A DNA stretch of 64,000 bases from the NCBI RefSeq assembly GCF_009914755.1, contig NC_060932.1, one strand, 5' to 3'. Each line of letters begins with the position of its first letter. Position 1 is the stretch's first letter. Below, in pieces: positions 49,682-64,000 of the stretch. The DNA comes from the human T2T-CHM13v2.0 reference genome, Homo sapiens. The position numbers and the translations under genes are program-made. The notes beneath the pieces are model-generated. The model was not told where the DNA came from, ran no database searches, and was given only the letters and a program-made list of their open reading frames with translations.

Positions 49682-52225
49682 TTCTCAAAGGGTAAATCTA
49701 AGAACTATTGGCCTCGAAGAGGAAATAGAGAAAGAGATAGGGGTAGGAAGTTTATTCAAAGGTATAATAACAGATAACTTCCCAAACTTAGGGAGATATA
49801 TCAATATCCAAGTACAAGAGGTTATAGAGCACCAGCAGATTTAACCCCCCAAAAAACTACCTCAAGGTGTTAAGTAATCAAACTCCCAAAGGTCAAGGTT
49901 AAAGAAAGGATCTAAAAGCAGCAAGAGAAAAACAGATAATGCACAATGGCACTCCAATATGTCTGGCAGCAGAATTTTCAGTGGAAACCTTACAGGCTGG
50001 GAGAGTGTGGCATGACATATTTAAAGTGCTGAAGGAAAAAAACCTTCACCCTAGAAAGGTGTATCCAGTGAAAATGTCCTTCAAATGTGAGGGAGAAATA
50101 CAGACTTTCCCAGACAAAGAAAAGTTGAGGGATTTCATCAATACCAGACCTATCCTACAAGAAACGCTAAAGGGAGCCATTCAGTCTGAAAGAAAAGGAC
50201 GCTAATGAGTGATAAGAAATCATCTGAAGGCACAAAACTCACTGGTAATAGTGAGCACACAGAAAAACACAGGATATTATATAAGTGTGTAACTGTAGTG
50301 TGTCAACTACTCAAGTAGAAAGACAAAAAGATGAAGCAATCAAAAATAACTACAGCAACTCTTCAATATATGTACAGTACAATAAGATATAAATAGAAAC
50401 AACAAAATGTTAAAAAGCTGGGGGACAAAGTTCAGATGTAGACTTTTAATTCGTTTTCTTTTTGCTTGTTTATGCAAGCAGTATTAAGTTGTTATCAGCC
50501 TAAAATAATGGGTTACAAGATAATAGCAAGCCTCATGGAAACCTCAAATCAAAAATCATATAATGGATACACAAAAAATAAAAAGCAAGAAATTAAATTA
50601 TACCACCAGAAAAAAATCACCTTCACTGAAAGGAAGACAGGAAGAAACAAAGGAAGAAAGAGAAGACCAGAAAACAAATAAGAAAATGGCAGGAGTAAGC
50701 TCTTACTTATCAATAATAACAATGTAAATTGACAAACTTTCCAATAAAAAGACATTGAGTAGCTGAATGAATTAGAAAACAAAGCCTGACAATCTGTTGC
50801 TTACAAGAAACACACTTCACCTATAAAGTCGCACATAGACTGAAAATAAAGGAATGGAAAAAGATATTCTACGCAAATGAAAACCAAAAGAGAACAGGAG
50901 TAGCTATACTTATATCAGACAGAATAGATTTCAAAACAAATAATTTTAGAAGAGATAAAGATCATTATATAATGATAAGCAGGTCAATTCAGCAAGAGAA
51001 TATAATTGCAAATATATATGTACCCAACACTGGATCACTCAGATTTATAAAGTAAATATTATTAGAGCTGAAGAGAAAGATAGGCTGTAATACAATAACA
51101 ACTGGAGACTTCAACATCCCACTTTCAGCACTGGAAAGATCTTCCAGACAGAAAATCAGCAAAGAAACATTGGATTTAATTTGCACTGTAGATCAAATGG
51201 ACCTAATAGATATTTACAGGACATTTCATCCAATGGCTGCAGAATACACAATCTTATCCTCAACACATGGATTATTCTCAAGGACAGACTATATGTTAGG
51301 TTACAAACAAGCCCTAAAACATTCAAAACATTGAAATAATATCAAGTACCTTCTCTGTCCATGGTGGACTACCACTAGAAATCAACAAGAGGAATTTAAA
51401 TGAGAGGAATTTAGAAACTACAAACACATGGAAATTAAACAATATGCTCCAAGAATAACCAGTCAGTCAATGAAGAAATTAAGAAGGAAATTGATCAATT
51501 TCTTGAAACAAAAGATAATAGAAGCACAACATACCAAATCCTATGGGATACAGTGAAGGCAGTACTAAGAGGGAAGCTTATAGGTATAAGTGTCTACATC
51601 AAAAATAGGAAAAACTTCAAATAACCTTATGATGCATCTTAAAGAACTGGAAAAGCAAGAGCAAATCAAACTCAAAATTAGAATAAAGATCAGAACAAAA
51701 ATAAATGAATTTGAAATGAAGAAAACTATACCAAAGATCAATGAAACAAAAAGCTGCTTTTTAGAAAGATAAACAAAATTGATAAACCTTTAGCCAGACT
51801 AAGAAAGATAGAAGACCCAAATAAATAAAATCAGGGATGAAAAAGGAGACATTACAACTGATACTGCAGACATTCAAAGATCATTAGTAGCTATTATGAG
51901 AAACTATATGCCAATAAATTCAAAAATCTAAACGAAATGGACAAATTCCTAGTCACATGCAACCTACCAAGATTGATTCATGAAGAAACCAAAAACCTGA
52001 ATAGAACAATAACAAGTAAAGAGATTGAAGCTGTAATAAAAAGTCTCCTAGCAAAGAAAATCCTGGGAACCAATGGCCTCACTGCTGAATTTTACCAAAC
52101 ATTTAAAGAAGAACTAATACAAATCCTACTCAAAGTATTCTGAAAAATAGAGGAGGAGGAAATACCTTCAAACTCATTCTATGAGGCCAGTATTCTCCTG
52201 ATACCAAAACCAGGCAAAGATGCAT

Positions 52226-52490
52226 AAGAAAGAAAGGAAGGAAGGAAGGAAGAAAGAAAGAGAAAGAAGGAAAGGAAGGAAGGAAAGAAAGGAAAGAGAG
52301 AAAGAACGAAGGAAGGAAGGAAGGAGAAAAGAAAGAAAGAAATAAAGAAAGCTAAGGCTAATATCTGAGAGGGAGAGAGAGAGAGGGAAGGAGGGAGGGA
52401 GGGAGGAAGGAAGGAAGGAAACAGGAAGGAAAAAAGTAAGGAAAAAGAAAGGAAGAAAAAGGAAGAGGAAAGGGAGGGAGGGAGGGAGGG
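52226..52490. repeat. Polypurine (GGAA/GAAA/GGGA)n tract
   Basis: Direct reading. Confidence 0.93.
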
Positions 52491-52524
52491 CTAATATATC
52501 TGATGAATATTTATTCAAAGATCT

Positions 52525-52822
<298 letters not shown>

Positions 52823-53460
52823 TTGATGCAAAGATCCCCAACAAAATACTATCAAATCACATTCAGCTGCACAATAAAAGGATCATATTTCATGACCAAG
52901 TGGGATTTATTCCAAGGATACAAGAATGATTCCACATATGCAAATCAATCAATGTGATACATTGTATCAAGAGAATAAAGGACAAAAACCACATGATCAT
53001 TTCAATTGATGCTGAAAAAGCATTTGATAAAATTCAACATCCCTTCATAATAAAAACCCTGAAAAAACTGGGTATACAAGGGATACACCTCAACATGATA
53101 AAAGCCATAAATGACAGATCTGCAGCTAATATACTGAATGGGGAAAAAACTGAAAGCCTTTCCTCTAAGAGCTGGAACATGACAAGGAAGCCCACTGTCA
53201 ATAATGCTGTTATTCAACATAGTACTGGAGGTCCTAGCTAAAGCAATCAGACAAGAGAAAAATATAAAGGGCATCCAAATTGGAAAGAAAGAAGTCAAAT
53301 TATCCTTGTTTGCAGATTATATGATCTTGTATTTGGAAAAACCTAAAGACTCCACCAAAAAAACTATTAGAACTGATAAACAAATTCAGTAAAGTTGTAG
53401 GATAGAAAATCAAGATACAAAAATCAGTAGCATTTCTATTTGCCGATAGGGAACGATCTG

Positions 53461-53755
53461 GGTGGGAGGATTGGGGAGATGTTGATAAAAGGATACCAAA
53501 TTTTAGTTAGAAGAAATACATTCAAGAGATCTATTGTATAACGTAACTAGAGTTAATAATTATCTATGTATTTGAAAATTCCTAAGAGAGTAGATTTTGT
53601 CTTCTCACTGCAAATAAATGTAAGGTAGCACATAGCTTAACTAGTTTGATTCAGCCATTCTACAGTGTATGCATATTTCAGAACATTATTTTGTATACCA
53701 TAAATATAGATAATTTTTATTTTTCAATTGAAAATGAATACATAATAACAAAAAG
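53461..53755 (+). mobile_element. L1MA6/7-like 3'UTR
   Basis: GGGGAGATGTTGATAAAAGGATACCAAATTTTAGTTAG...TTCAAGAGATCTATTGTA...AAGAGAGTAGATTTT. Confidence 0.8.
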
Positions 53756-53841
53756 CCAATTCTGAATAAAATTATACAATTTTGAACCCTTGGGAGCAAA
53801 GTTATCTTTGGTCTGTAGATGCGTTCTCGATGGGTTAAGAA

Positions 53842-54010
53842 TTTTTTTTTTTTTTTCATTTTAGAGACAGGATCTCACTCTGTTACCCAGGCTGCAGTGA
53901 AGTGGTGCAATCATGTCTTACTGAAGCCTCAAACTCCTGGGTTCAAGTGATACTCCTGCCTCAGCCTCCCAAAGTGCTGGGATTAAAAGCATGAGCCACC
54001 ATGCCTGGCC
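53842..54010 (-). mobile_element. FRAM / Alu monomer
   Basis: Single ~165-bp antisense monomer with a T tail. Confidence 0.88.
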
Positions 54011-56454
54011 GAGGGAAAATATTTTTAAAGTGTCCATTATGTGCTATGCTTTGTTTTACGGACTAGAGACATAATAAGAAATAAGAAATGCCTTCAAAGA
54101 GTTGTAGGCAAGATGATGTGGGCCTAATTGCCTATGAGGTATTGGAAGTGATTCTTTTGTCCCATAGGGGTCCTCCACAGAAAGGGATCAGTTCAATTAG
54201 GCCTTTGAAGATAGTGGTCATAATCTGTTCTCTTCATTTCAGAACAGATATTCTCCCAGAGACAAGCTAACATTCTACATTTTCCTGTGGGCTTGTTTTG
54301 TACCTAACTTGGCTCTTTGGGTGCAGTGAAGTTGTTCTCCTGACTGCAATACTAGCTCTTTCTCTATGCCTTATCTGCTTTTGATTCTCTCTCATGTCAG
54401 TTGTGTGCTTTTGTCTGCTAATTATTTGGCTGTAATTAACAACTAAGTCATTTTTTCTGATTTATGCCACAACTGACTTTTACCACATGACCCACCCCCA
54501 TCATCCCAGGGACCTAATCTTGTTCCTGATCTTACAATAATGAGTGGATTGCAAATTCGCTATCACTTTTTCCTTGGTGGTGCTTATTTCACAGTTCAGT
54601 TCTTGACCCAAAGCATCAGATCACCCCAAAGAATAATTGTAACTGTGGAGATAACACATACTCATGTATTTAGGTAGTGATGGTTCCTTGAATACTTAAG
54701 CACAATTTTATTTTCTTCACTTTACTGTGTCGTAAGATTATAATTTAAATAGGTACATATATTAACCGGAAGCCAGATTATGTACAGAAAAGAGTATATT
54801 ACATCTTTTATTTAATTACATTATTCTGAAAGTTCAGATGCTTATTTGTGTTTTATTATGTTTGTATTCACTTATGAAAATAATCATATAGTAATTGGCA
54901 TAAGAAGTATATTTTTTAAAGAAATACATTCTCTATCAAATTCTTTGAGGACATGCCTAACCATTCCTGAATAATAGCTTTTTTATCTTAAATTTATTCC
55001 AGCCTTCTACTCCTACATGAAGAATGTTGCTTAGAATTGGAGGAAGGCTGATCTGTCTTCTAGGATCAGAATCATACATTGAAAACATAAAAGAAGAGAG
55101 GGGCCACATATTAAAGTGATGGACATTGTTGATACATATAGTTAATTAGAGCTATCATTCTCTTGGATACTTTCAGTCACTCCAACAGTAGTCATAGATG
55201 GCATCATAAAATCAAATATTTTCAGTAGTCCATTACACAAATGATAGGGAGTATGTCAGTGTGTGAGTCGGCCTCAGTTGGACTGGCGTGTAACTACTAC
55301 ACAGAGAGCAGTGTAAACTTGGTTATAATAAGTTCCTTCAGAAGTCTTGGGTTCCATTGGTGGAACCTTGTGCTAGTAAATAAATCTATTTGACTTGTTT
55401 TGAGTCTTTGTGGTGCAAACTCTTGTCTGGATACCCATTCCCTTCTAGCCTGCTCATCCTGCAAGTTTCCATATCTTTCTACCTCAACCCATGGAAAGAA
55501 CTTGTGATGACTATTCTCCTCATTTAACAACTTTCCTGCTATAATGCTCCCTGGATTCTACTGAGAAAAGAAGACTTACTTATCGTATTTAATGTTTTTT
55601 CCATCTATATAATTTCAATTCAAAAATTAAGTACTTCCTAGGTATATCTTTGTTATGAAGATATTCCAGTGCTGAAGAGTGCTGCAATGCCTGTTAAATC
55701 AGTTTGTCCATAAGTAGTAATTCTAAAACCATTAAGTCTTATAACATAATCTCTTTTAATCTAAAATTATATATTGTTTGGATTCTCATTTGCCTTAGAT
55801 ATTTGTTCTGATGCTTTCAACCCATTCTGAAACTTGCTATTATTGTAGTGAGTGTAATACTGACAATTCACTAAAACTGTAAATGCTCTTGGGAAAGAAA
55901 AAATATACAATGGCTTCTTTTTGATAAGAACTCAAATTCAGTGGCCTAAATTTATCGGTATTTTTTTTGTTTTTTAACTTTTTATGAATAGACAGATGTG
56001 GCTGGAACCTAACAGCAATTCCAGACAGTTTTGACAATTTACCAGGAGACTGTAGAATGACTTTGATGCTTTTGAAAATATAGCTAAGAACAGATATCTC
56101 AACTGGGGTCATCATCAGTCAACTGTTCAGCTTGACAGTCTTTTTCAATGTTTAGTCAAGACAGTATTGAACTAGCTTTTTTCTTTGAAAAATTTTTATG
56201 ATATTTTCCCCAGAGCACCTGCTTTTAAAACTTAAAAATGTATGTGGTATTCTAAATTTGGGGCTCAAAACATGTCTTAGATTTGATTTCAGTTCAATAA
56301 GGATAATTTAATATGAAGTAAGTGAGTATAAAATTGAGAATCTGTTTAAGATTTTAAATGATTCATATAGTAATACATTCTTAGCAATGATTGGTGCTAA
56401 TACAGGCTCACTTATTTTTTCTTTGCTATGTAGCTCTTTCAAAACATTTATAGC

Positions 56455-56484
56455 CATCATCATCATCATCATCATCATCATCAT
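56455..56484. repeat. (CAT)10 microsatellite
   Basis: Direct reading. Confidence 0.95.
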
Positions 56485-56546
56485 ACCCAAGAAACTTTAA
56501 GATCTAATTACATGCAGCTGTATGTAAAACTTTTAAAAGCAAGTGA

Positions 56547-56858
56547 GGTCAGGCATGGTGGCTCATGCATGTAGTCCCAGCACTTTGGGAGGCCGGGGCA
56601 GACAGATCACTTGAGGCAATTTCAAGACCAGCCTGGGCAACATGGTAAAACCCTATCTCTGCTAAAAACACAAAAATTAGCTGGGCATGGTGGTGTGTCC
56701 CTGTAGTCCCAGATAGGAGGCTGAGGTATGAGAATCATTTGAACTCAGGAGGTTGAGATTGCTGTGAGCCAAGATCACACCACTGCACTCCAGCCTGGAT
56801 GACAGAGTGAGACTCTGTATCCAAAAAAAAAAAAAAAAAGAAAGAAAGTTAAAAAAAA
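56547..56858 (+). mobile_element. AluJ-like element
   Basis: Dimeric Alu; perfect TSD AAAAGCAAGTGA (56535-46, 56859-70) at a TTTT/AAAA site. Confidence 0.92.
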
Positions 56859-57384
56859 AAAAGCAAGTGATTTCTCATTTTTTGAGCAGTTAACAATCTA
56901 AGAAAAACATTGCTGTAGGTTATTTTAATGCATCTGCATTGCAATAGGACAATAGTGATGGGTGCCAAGTGTCTCCCTCCATTTCACTGTGAAGCCACAC
57001 CATGGCTAAGTGGAAGACAGCAAGTTTCAGTACACAATTCATTTTCATTGTTCAAGAAAGAAGTGCATTCAAGTTTAAAGATAAATCTCATAATCTTGGT
57101 TACTCCTTAAAAAGGCATAATAGAATATTACTTACATCCTTTGAATTTGCTAAGAAGCACCTGACACAAAAGCATTGTGATGAAACTACATACAAAAATA
57201 GTAGTTACTATCTTTGAAAAGATAGATTTCATCAAGTATGATAAAATACAGCAAGGGTTCTGGTGAGATTTGGAGATCCTTAGGGAAGCTTTCTTCTTAA
57301 ACAACTAACCAACCATTTGGAATGATGATATGTCATATCTCACACACACATATATATGATATACATACATACTATATCCATATA

Positions 57385-57926
57385 CAGTAGTCCCCCCTAA
57401 TTCATGGAGCTGGGGGGAACTACTGTGTATGGATTCCAAGACCCCCAGTGGATCAAACCACTGGTAGTAACCTGTATATAGTAAGTTTTTTTCCTATACA
57501 TACTTACCTATGATAAATTTATAAACTAGGTATAGTAAGAGATTAACAACAATAAGTAATATTTAAAACAATTATACTATAATCCAAAGTTATGTGAATG
57601 TGGTCTCTCTCTCAAAGTATCTTATTATATCTTACTTACCCTTCTTCTTGTGACTGTCTATCTGATAACCAAGATGGCTACTAAATGACCATTGGGTAGG
57701 TAGTTTATACAGCAGAGATATGTTGGGCAAAGGGATGATTCATGTCTTAGATGGAATGGAGTGGGACGATGTGAGATTTCACTACTCTATGCAGAAAGAC
57801 CTGCAATTTAAAATATATAAATTGTTTATTTTAGAATTCTGGAATTTTCCATTTAATATTTTTGTACCACAGTTGCCCATGGGTAAATGAAACCATGAAA
57901 AGCAAAAGTACAGATAAGGGTGGACC

Positions 57927-57930
<4 letters not shown>
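57385..57930 (-). mobile_element. MER44B-like (Tigger7-derived) element
   Basis: TIRs CAGTAGTCCCCCC...GATAAGGGTGGACCACTG; TTCCAAGACCCCCAGTGGAT; CTGGAATTTTCCATTTAATATTTT. Confidence 0.85.

Positions 57931-57984
<54 letters not shown>
57929..57984. repeat. (TG)28 microsatellite abutting the MER44 TIR
   Basis: Direct reading. Confidence 0.95.
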
Positions 57985-57985
<1 letters not shown>

Positions 57986-58918
57986 TTGGACATAAGCTCC
58001 AGGAGAACAGTGTGCCCTTGGGAAAGGCAGCATTTTCTGTCACTAGACTAAACCTGTTGCTGGAGCAACAGGTCTTCCCTTGAAGGAGGATTGTGGTTGT
58101 GGATCTTCATGTTCACAAATGTAATGCTAGTGAGACAATTTAGCTCATTATCTTTGGACAGTGCTGATTAGAAGAAACAAATGAGAAGGGAAGAGTTGCC
58201 ACATTAACGATGCCATATAATCACTGACCAAAAATTTTTTAAAAATACTAAAATCAGAAAGAATTATGTCAAATTAAAGAATGAGTCCATTTGATAAATT
58301 CTGACAGCTGTATACACCTTAAGAGCTTCCTAAGGCACTATTGTAGCCCTGTAGTATAATGTTCTTGATGATAATCCTGAATCAAGAAGTCAAAAACATC
58401 TATTCAGCAGCAACTCCCCTCAACAAATTAATTAATTAGTTAATATTAATTAATTAGCTAATATTTTAGAAAGACTTCCATTTAAAACTGTGAAACATTT
58501 AAAAATGTTTTGGTGCTTTACAATGTAAGTTAAATTACCTAGATAAGTTTCATATTGGGGTCTTTCTATCTCCTTATGATGCTATTATCTGAACTAGGTG
58601 TCCCAGCTTTGTGGTACACAGAATCAGTGGACAAAGTAGCCTGTCCTTAGGAGCAGAGCAAGAACCCAGGGCTGGGGTAAGATTCCAGAGCTGAGCTACT
58701 TGTGAAAGTGCCAAATTCAGACTGATAATCTAGTAAGGGGAAAAAAATAGAGAAAGAGAGAGAGAGCGATCACGCAGAACTGATGAAGAAAGGGATGGGC
58801 GCTCATAGGGGCCTCTGGTACAGTTTGCATACCAAGCTTGCATAGGATGCAGAATACATTAACAAGAGCTGGATTAAGAACATATTATAAATTATGCTAT
58901 GAAATGAAGCAAAAGTAG

Positions 58919-59632
<714 letters not shown>

Positions 59633-59959
59633 GATTCTCATCAGTCCTATTCCACATGCTTTAAATTTTGCACAGAATTCTCTCAGATTTTGCCATTGTG
59701 TTGTCTATCACTATTAATTTTTGATACTAAACATTTTGTCTTTTAAAGTATTTTTATGACTATTTTACTGAGAATTTGGAAGAAATATACAGGAGTTTGT
59801 ATTCAGATACTATTTTGAATGGTGTTATTGTTCTGTTTTCCTGAATGTGTTTTGGATGGTGATTTGGTAGTTTCCCTTAATATGTTTAGGGAGTCTATTT
59901 AGAAAAAAAGTGGAAATTGGATAAGTTAAAAGATCAGCAATGAGATGATGAGATGGATT

Positions 59960-60057
59960 TGTACTGTGTTACTGTGTAAGTTCAAATCCCTATAATAAAT
60001 CCCTTATTCCATATATCTCCTACTGGTTTTGCTTCTCTGATCAAACCCTGACTAATG
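59960..60057 (+). mobile_element. MLT2 LTR 3' fragment
   Basis: ATAATAAATCCC...TCTCCTACTGGTTTTGCTTCTCTGATCAAACCCTGACTAAT. Confidence 0.7.
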
Positions 60058-60347
60058 TGGAGGATAGAGGAAGCAGCAGTTCAAGCTCTGAAAAACAGAT
60101 AGATGTTTTTTTCTAGAATCATGCACAATTTTGAAGGCCAATTTGATATATCACAGAAAACAGATAAAGCATCAGAGTTGATGTGTTCCTAAGCTATGTT
60201 TCCGCCAGATTTCTGTGGGTAGCTCTTCCTTTATTTGACCTAATAAAGTCAGATATTTGCTTCAACTAAGCCATTTGCCATTGCCTATAAATCTGTCCTA
60301 TGTTTGTTGCAGATACCATGTAACAAAATGATTAATAAAAATATTCA

Positions 60348-60661
<314 letters not shown>

Positions 60662-62149
60662 TCATTAGTGACCTTTTACCACTGGTATGTGACCTATAGT
60701 TTACTAACACATAAACACATAGGCAAGTTTTTTTGTTCAAAGATATTGTGTCTAACAAGTACTAAAATAGAGTTTCAAACAATAGCAGCAAACAACAACA
60801 AAAACCTGGAAAAGTATAATGGTAACAGGCTTTTCTTCTGAACCATAAAAATGTAACTAATAGTTCTCTGGTGAAAAAATGCACTACAATGGATATTTAC
60901 CTAAGTAACATTTTATGCCAAAACAGCACAATGATTTATAACATTATAGGCCATCTCTGAAGTTGTCACAGGACACCTCGTGAAGATAGTGTACTGTGTG
61001 GTACAAATTATAGTGATTTGTGGAAGTGTAGAGAAGAAGACTAGAGCAATAAAGAAAGAAGAATAATGTTCTTCCTTGAATCATGGGGGAAAAGCACAGC
61101 TCAGCACTTGTCCCCAGGCAACTTTGAGTAATAGCACAGTGCATTGAAGTTCAAGTCTCTGAAATGTCGAGAGTCTAAATGACAATGGGATTACATTAGA
61201 AAAAAAAAATCAAGATGACAAATGGCTCATTTGACGTTGTGAATGGTATCTTCATTAAAGTCACTTATGGTGTAAACTGGGAAGCACTGCAAGTGGTTGG
61301 GTGAAGAGGGAAATAATATTCACTCATGAAATAAGTGAGGAAAAGGATACTAATCAAGAGGCAGAAAAACGATTTGTGATCAGGGCTTCAATCATGACTC
61401 CTACACTAATTTATTATTTGACTTTCAGAAAATTGAACCTTGGTTGGATGAAGTAGTGAGTCCAATTCTGTTTGTTGCACAGGAGAAAATGAGAATTATA
61501 TTCAGAAAACAGAAGGCACACATCAGTTTCACCCGAAGAAGGAGAAAATGCCTTAGGCCATTTCCAGGCTCTGCGAATGCTGCCATGTCTGTATCTTACT
61601 TCTCTGGCCACATGCTCCCACAAACTATAAAGTGAGAATATGTAAGGAATGGGTAGGATTGTACAAAACAATTACATGTCATGCACACCTGTGTGATACT
61701 TCTAAAATGCATCTTTAGGCAGTTGTGAATATAGTTAAGTGCATCTTTGAGAATGTCTGTGTCATACTAAAGAAAATGCAAGAAAGGGAGAAATGAAAGA
61801 GAAAGGGACGTTAATTTTTGTCCTTGTATGGTTCACATCCTCCCAGGTATAAAGCAGATATTGTGCTTTTAAGTTTAAATGAATTTTAAGCACTTGCAGA
61901 GCAAACTGTTGTGAATTCAAAGTAACGTATCTGCAGAAATGTTGAGGGAGAAAATAGATTATGAATCTTAAGAACGCATGCCAGTCAGTATTCACAGCAT
62001 ACAAGGGCAATCAGCTAATGTACTTCTTTGTAAGAACACGTACTCTCTTAAATAGGGGCTTCCTTCTAACAAGAGACAGTGACATTTAAAATAGGCCTGA
62101 GAAAATAATTGTTGAACACATTTTCCTTTGCTTGAACTATGCTGAACCA

Positions 62150-62390
62150 ACAGGCTATGGAGTCAGCCCAAGTTTGAATGCTGAAACTGCATTTCAATGC
62201 AGCTGGAAGATCTGAGAAATTATTTTAACATCACCAAAAATTTATTTCCAAATTTATAAAATGGGAATAGTATCAATTTCTGCCTCATAGACTTTCATGA
62301 AAATTAAATTAGAAGATAATGCATGGAAATCACTTGGCTTGGCAATTAGGTTATAGTCTACAGATGTTATTGATCATTTGATTATTACTC
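62150..62390 (+). mobile_element. MIR
   Basis: GGAGTCAGCCCAAGTTTGAAT; TATAAAATGGGAATAGTA...GCCTCATAG. Confidence 0.7.
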
Positions 62391-63409
62391 TTATGAGAAG
62401 GAAAATTTGAAGAGAAATGCTATGAATTAGCTTTCTCTCAGCATGTTCTTAAGGTTAATTTTGATCAAATATACTCAAGCTTGTTTATAAGTAGAGCACA
62501 AATGCTTTCGTGACTTTCTGAGTGAATTTTGAACACATATTAAAATACTAGGACACTTCAGAATCTAGTAAAATGCATGGCTTAATGTACTGTCGTGGTT
62601 AAAATTCTTGGTAATGTAAACATTTTGTACTCTTTATTTTGTTTAGGAAAAAGCCAACTTCAATAAGGAGACTCCATCTGTTTGTGAGTGTCTATAGAGG
62701 GAAAGAATTTTAAAAGTCAGGAAGAGAAGATATTTTAAAAGTTTTGTGATATGTTGAATGTGTTTCAAGTAATTTTATCTAAAAACCAGCATGGGATCTG
62801 CTAATGCCATCAAATCTGACAAGAGTTTTTAATCTCAGTAGTTACCCCAACTACATAGTTGTTATAATGTTTAATTATTCCCTTGGACAGTAGATTTCAT
62901 TTGGATGTTGTTTTCGTTTACAAACATCTACAGTTGATAACATCCTGAACATTTTAAACAACCATCCTCTGGTATTAATATACTCTTTCTTTCTTGCTGA
63001 ATACATTTCTCATAAAAAGGGTTTATCGAAAGTATTATTTTGATTCAGTTGGTTAAGACTACTAAGAGTCACTGAGAAAGATAGTTTATTTGCATGCTGT
63101 AAGAAAGCACTTGGTATTATCACATCTTTTGGAAAATACCCTCAGTTTTAAAAAATCACATTGCATCTGGTTACATCTTCATGGCACTTTTTATATTAAA
63201 ATGACACTCTTACTTATAAATGAGATACCAAAATTCTGGGTACTTCCTAAAGGATATACACAGGAAAAACAATTGTTGGGATTCATGGGTAAAGCACAGC
63301 TTAATTATTTTGTGGAAGGAGAGATGAGCAGATATCCTATTTCTTGTCTTTTCCTAATCTACTTTCATGAACTCCCAAGAATCCCTTTTCACATCCTCTT
63401 TTGGTCCAT

Positions 63410-63632
63410 TTGTTACAGGTTAAAAGTAAGACCTTCTCTGCCCTTTATGATATTTTCAAGTTAATTACCTCATTGTACCTCAATTTTCTTATCTATAAAA
63501 TAGGAGTAATAAATTGTACCTGCTTTATAGGGTTGTGAGGGCTAAATATGTGTGGAGTATCTAAATCACTGCCTTGCAAAAATCTACCCAATAAATATTG
63601 GCTGAATTCTTATCTTCATTATCATCATCATC
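63410..63632 (+). mobile_element. MIR
   Basis: CCTCAATTTTCTTATCTATAAAATAGGAGTAATAA...ATAGGGTTGTGAGG. Confidence 0.75.
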
Positions 63633-64000
63633 ATTAGGGTCTCTGTTTTGGTTAGTGTACCTGCAGCTATTCCAACACGGAAGGCAGCACCCAAGGAATC
63701 TTGTAACTCATTCTTCTCCCAGCCTCCACTGTTCATCAACCATTCCCTCTTGTTCTTCCCTATTACCCAGCCCTAGCTGAGACCATCATCATAACACCCT
63801 TGAACTATTCTAACAGCCTCTGGAAGGGTCCACTTTCTTTCTTCAATTTATGCTTCACTTTGTCCCAGAGTTCCAGCTCTGAAACAGAATAGATGATCCC
63901 GTCATGAGATCCAGGCAGGAACCACCTCACTGGCCACCTTCCTTTACATATATAAATCTTTCCATACTTTAGATAATTATTTCCCAATGGCTTAACCTGG

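Noticed and set aside
49343-49699. Apparent non-canonical (endonuclease-independent) L1 target site
   Set aside because: Extending the TSD to 18 bp with one mismatch gives an ATCT/AA nick, compatible with normal L1 EN cleavage
56308-56490. Poly-Met ORF; likewise the HT/CV-repeat ORFs at 57782-58083 and the F/L/S-rich ORF at 52174-52518
   Set aside because: Translations of microsatellites
57135-57159. 25-nt minus-strand micro-exon candidate
   Set aside because: Short, frame-shifting, opposite strand to the better candidate, and expected by chance in 64 kb

Overview
This window is AT-rich, CpG-poor primate (human-like) genomic DNA with intronic or intergenic character, dominated by interspersed repeats: L1, Alu, MIR, L2, MaLR/ERVL LTRs, Tigger/mariner/hAT elements and microsatellites. 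I recognise no intact cellular gene, RNA gene, CRISPR array or prokaryote-type system. Nearly all long ORFs in the track are L1 or Alu sequence. The main structural feature is an L1PA3-like insertion with a 5' inversion (8021-11866); its junction creates an uninterrupted chimeric ORF carrying ORF1p residues ~64-338. Other points of interest are a frame-preserving 84-nt candidate exon (19399-19482), a ~1 kb fold-back AT-only tract, a CpG-retaining THE1/MST LTR with a perfect DUX4 motif, and a pre-miRNA-sized hairpin made by an inverted duplication across a MER44 boundary. Subfamily names come from remembered consensus sequences, not a database search, and boundaries of old repeats are approximate. 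I found no convincing previously undescribed biological system.
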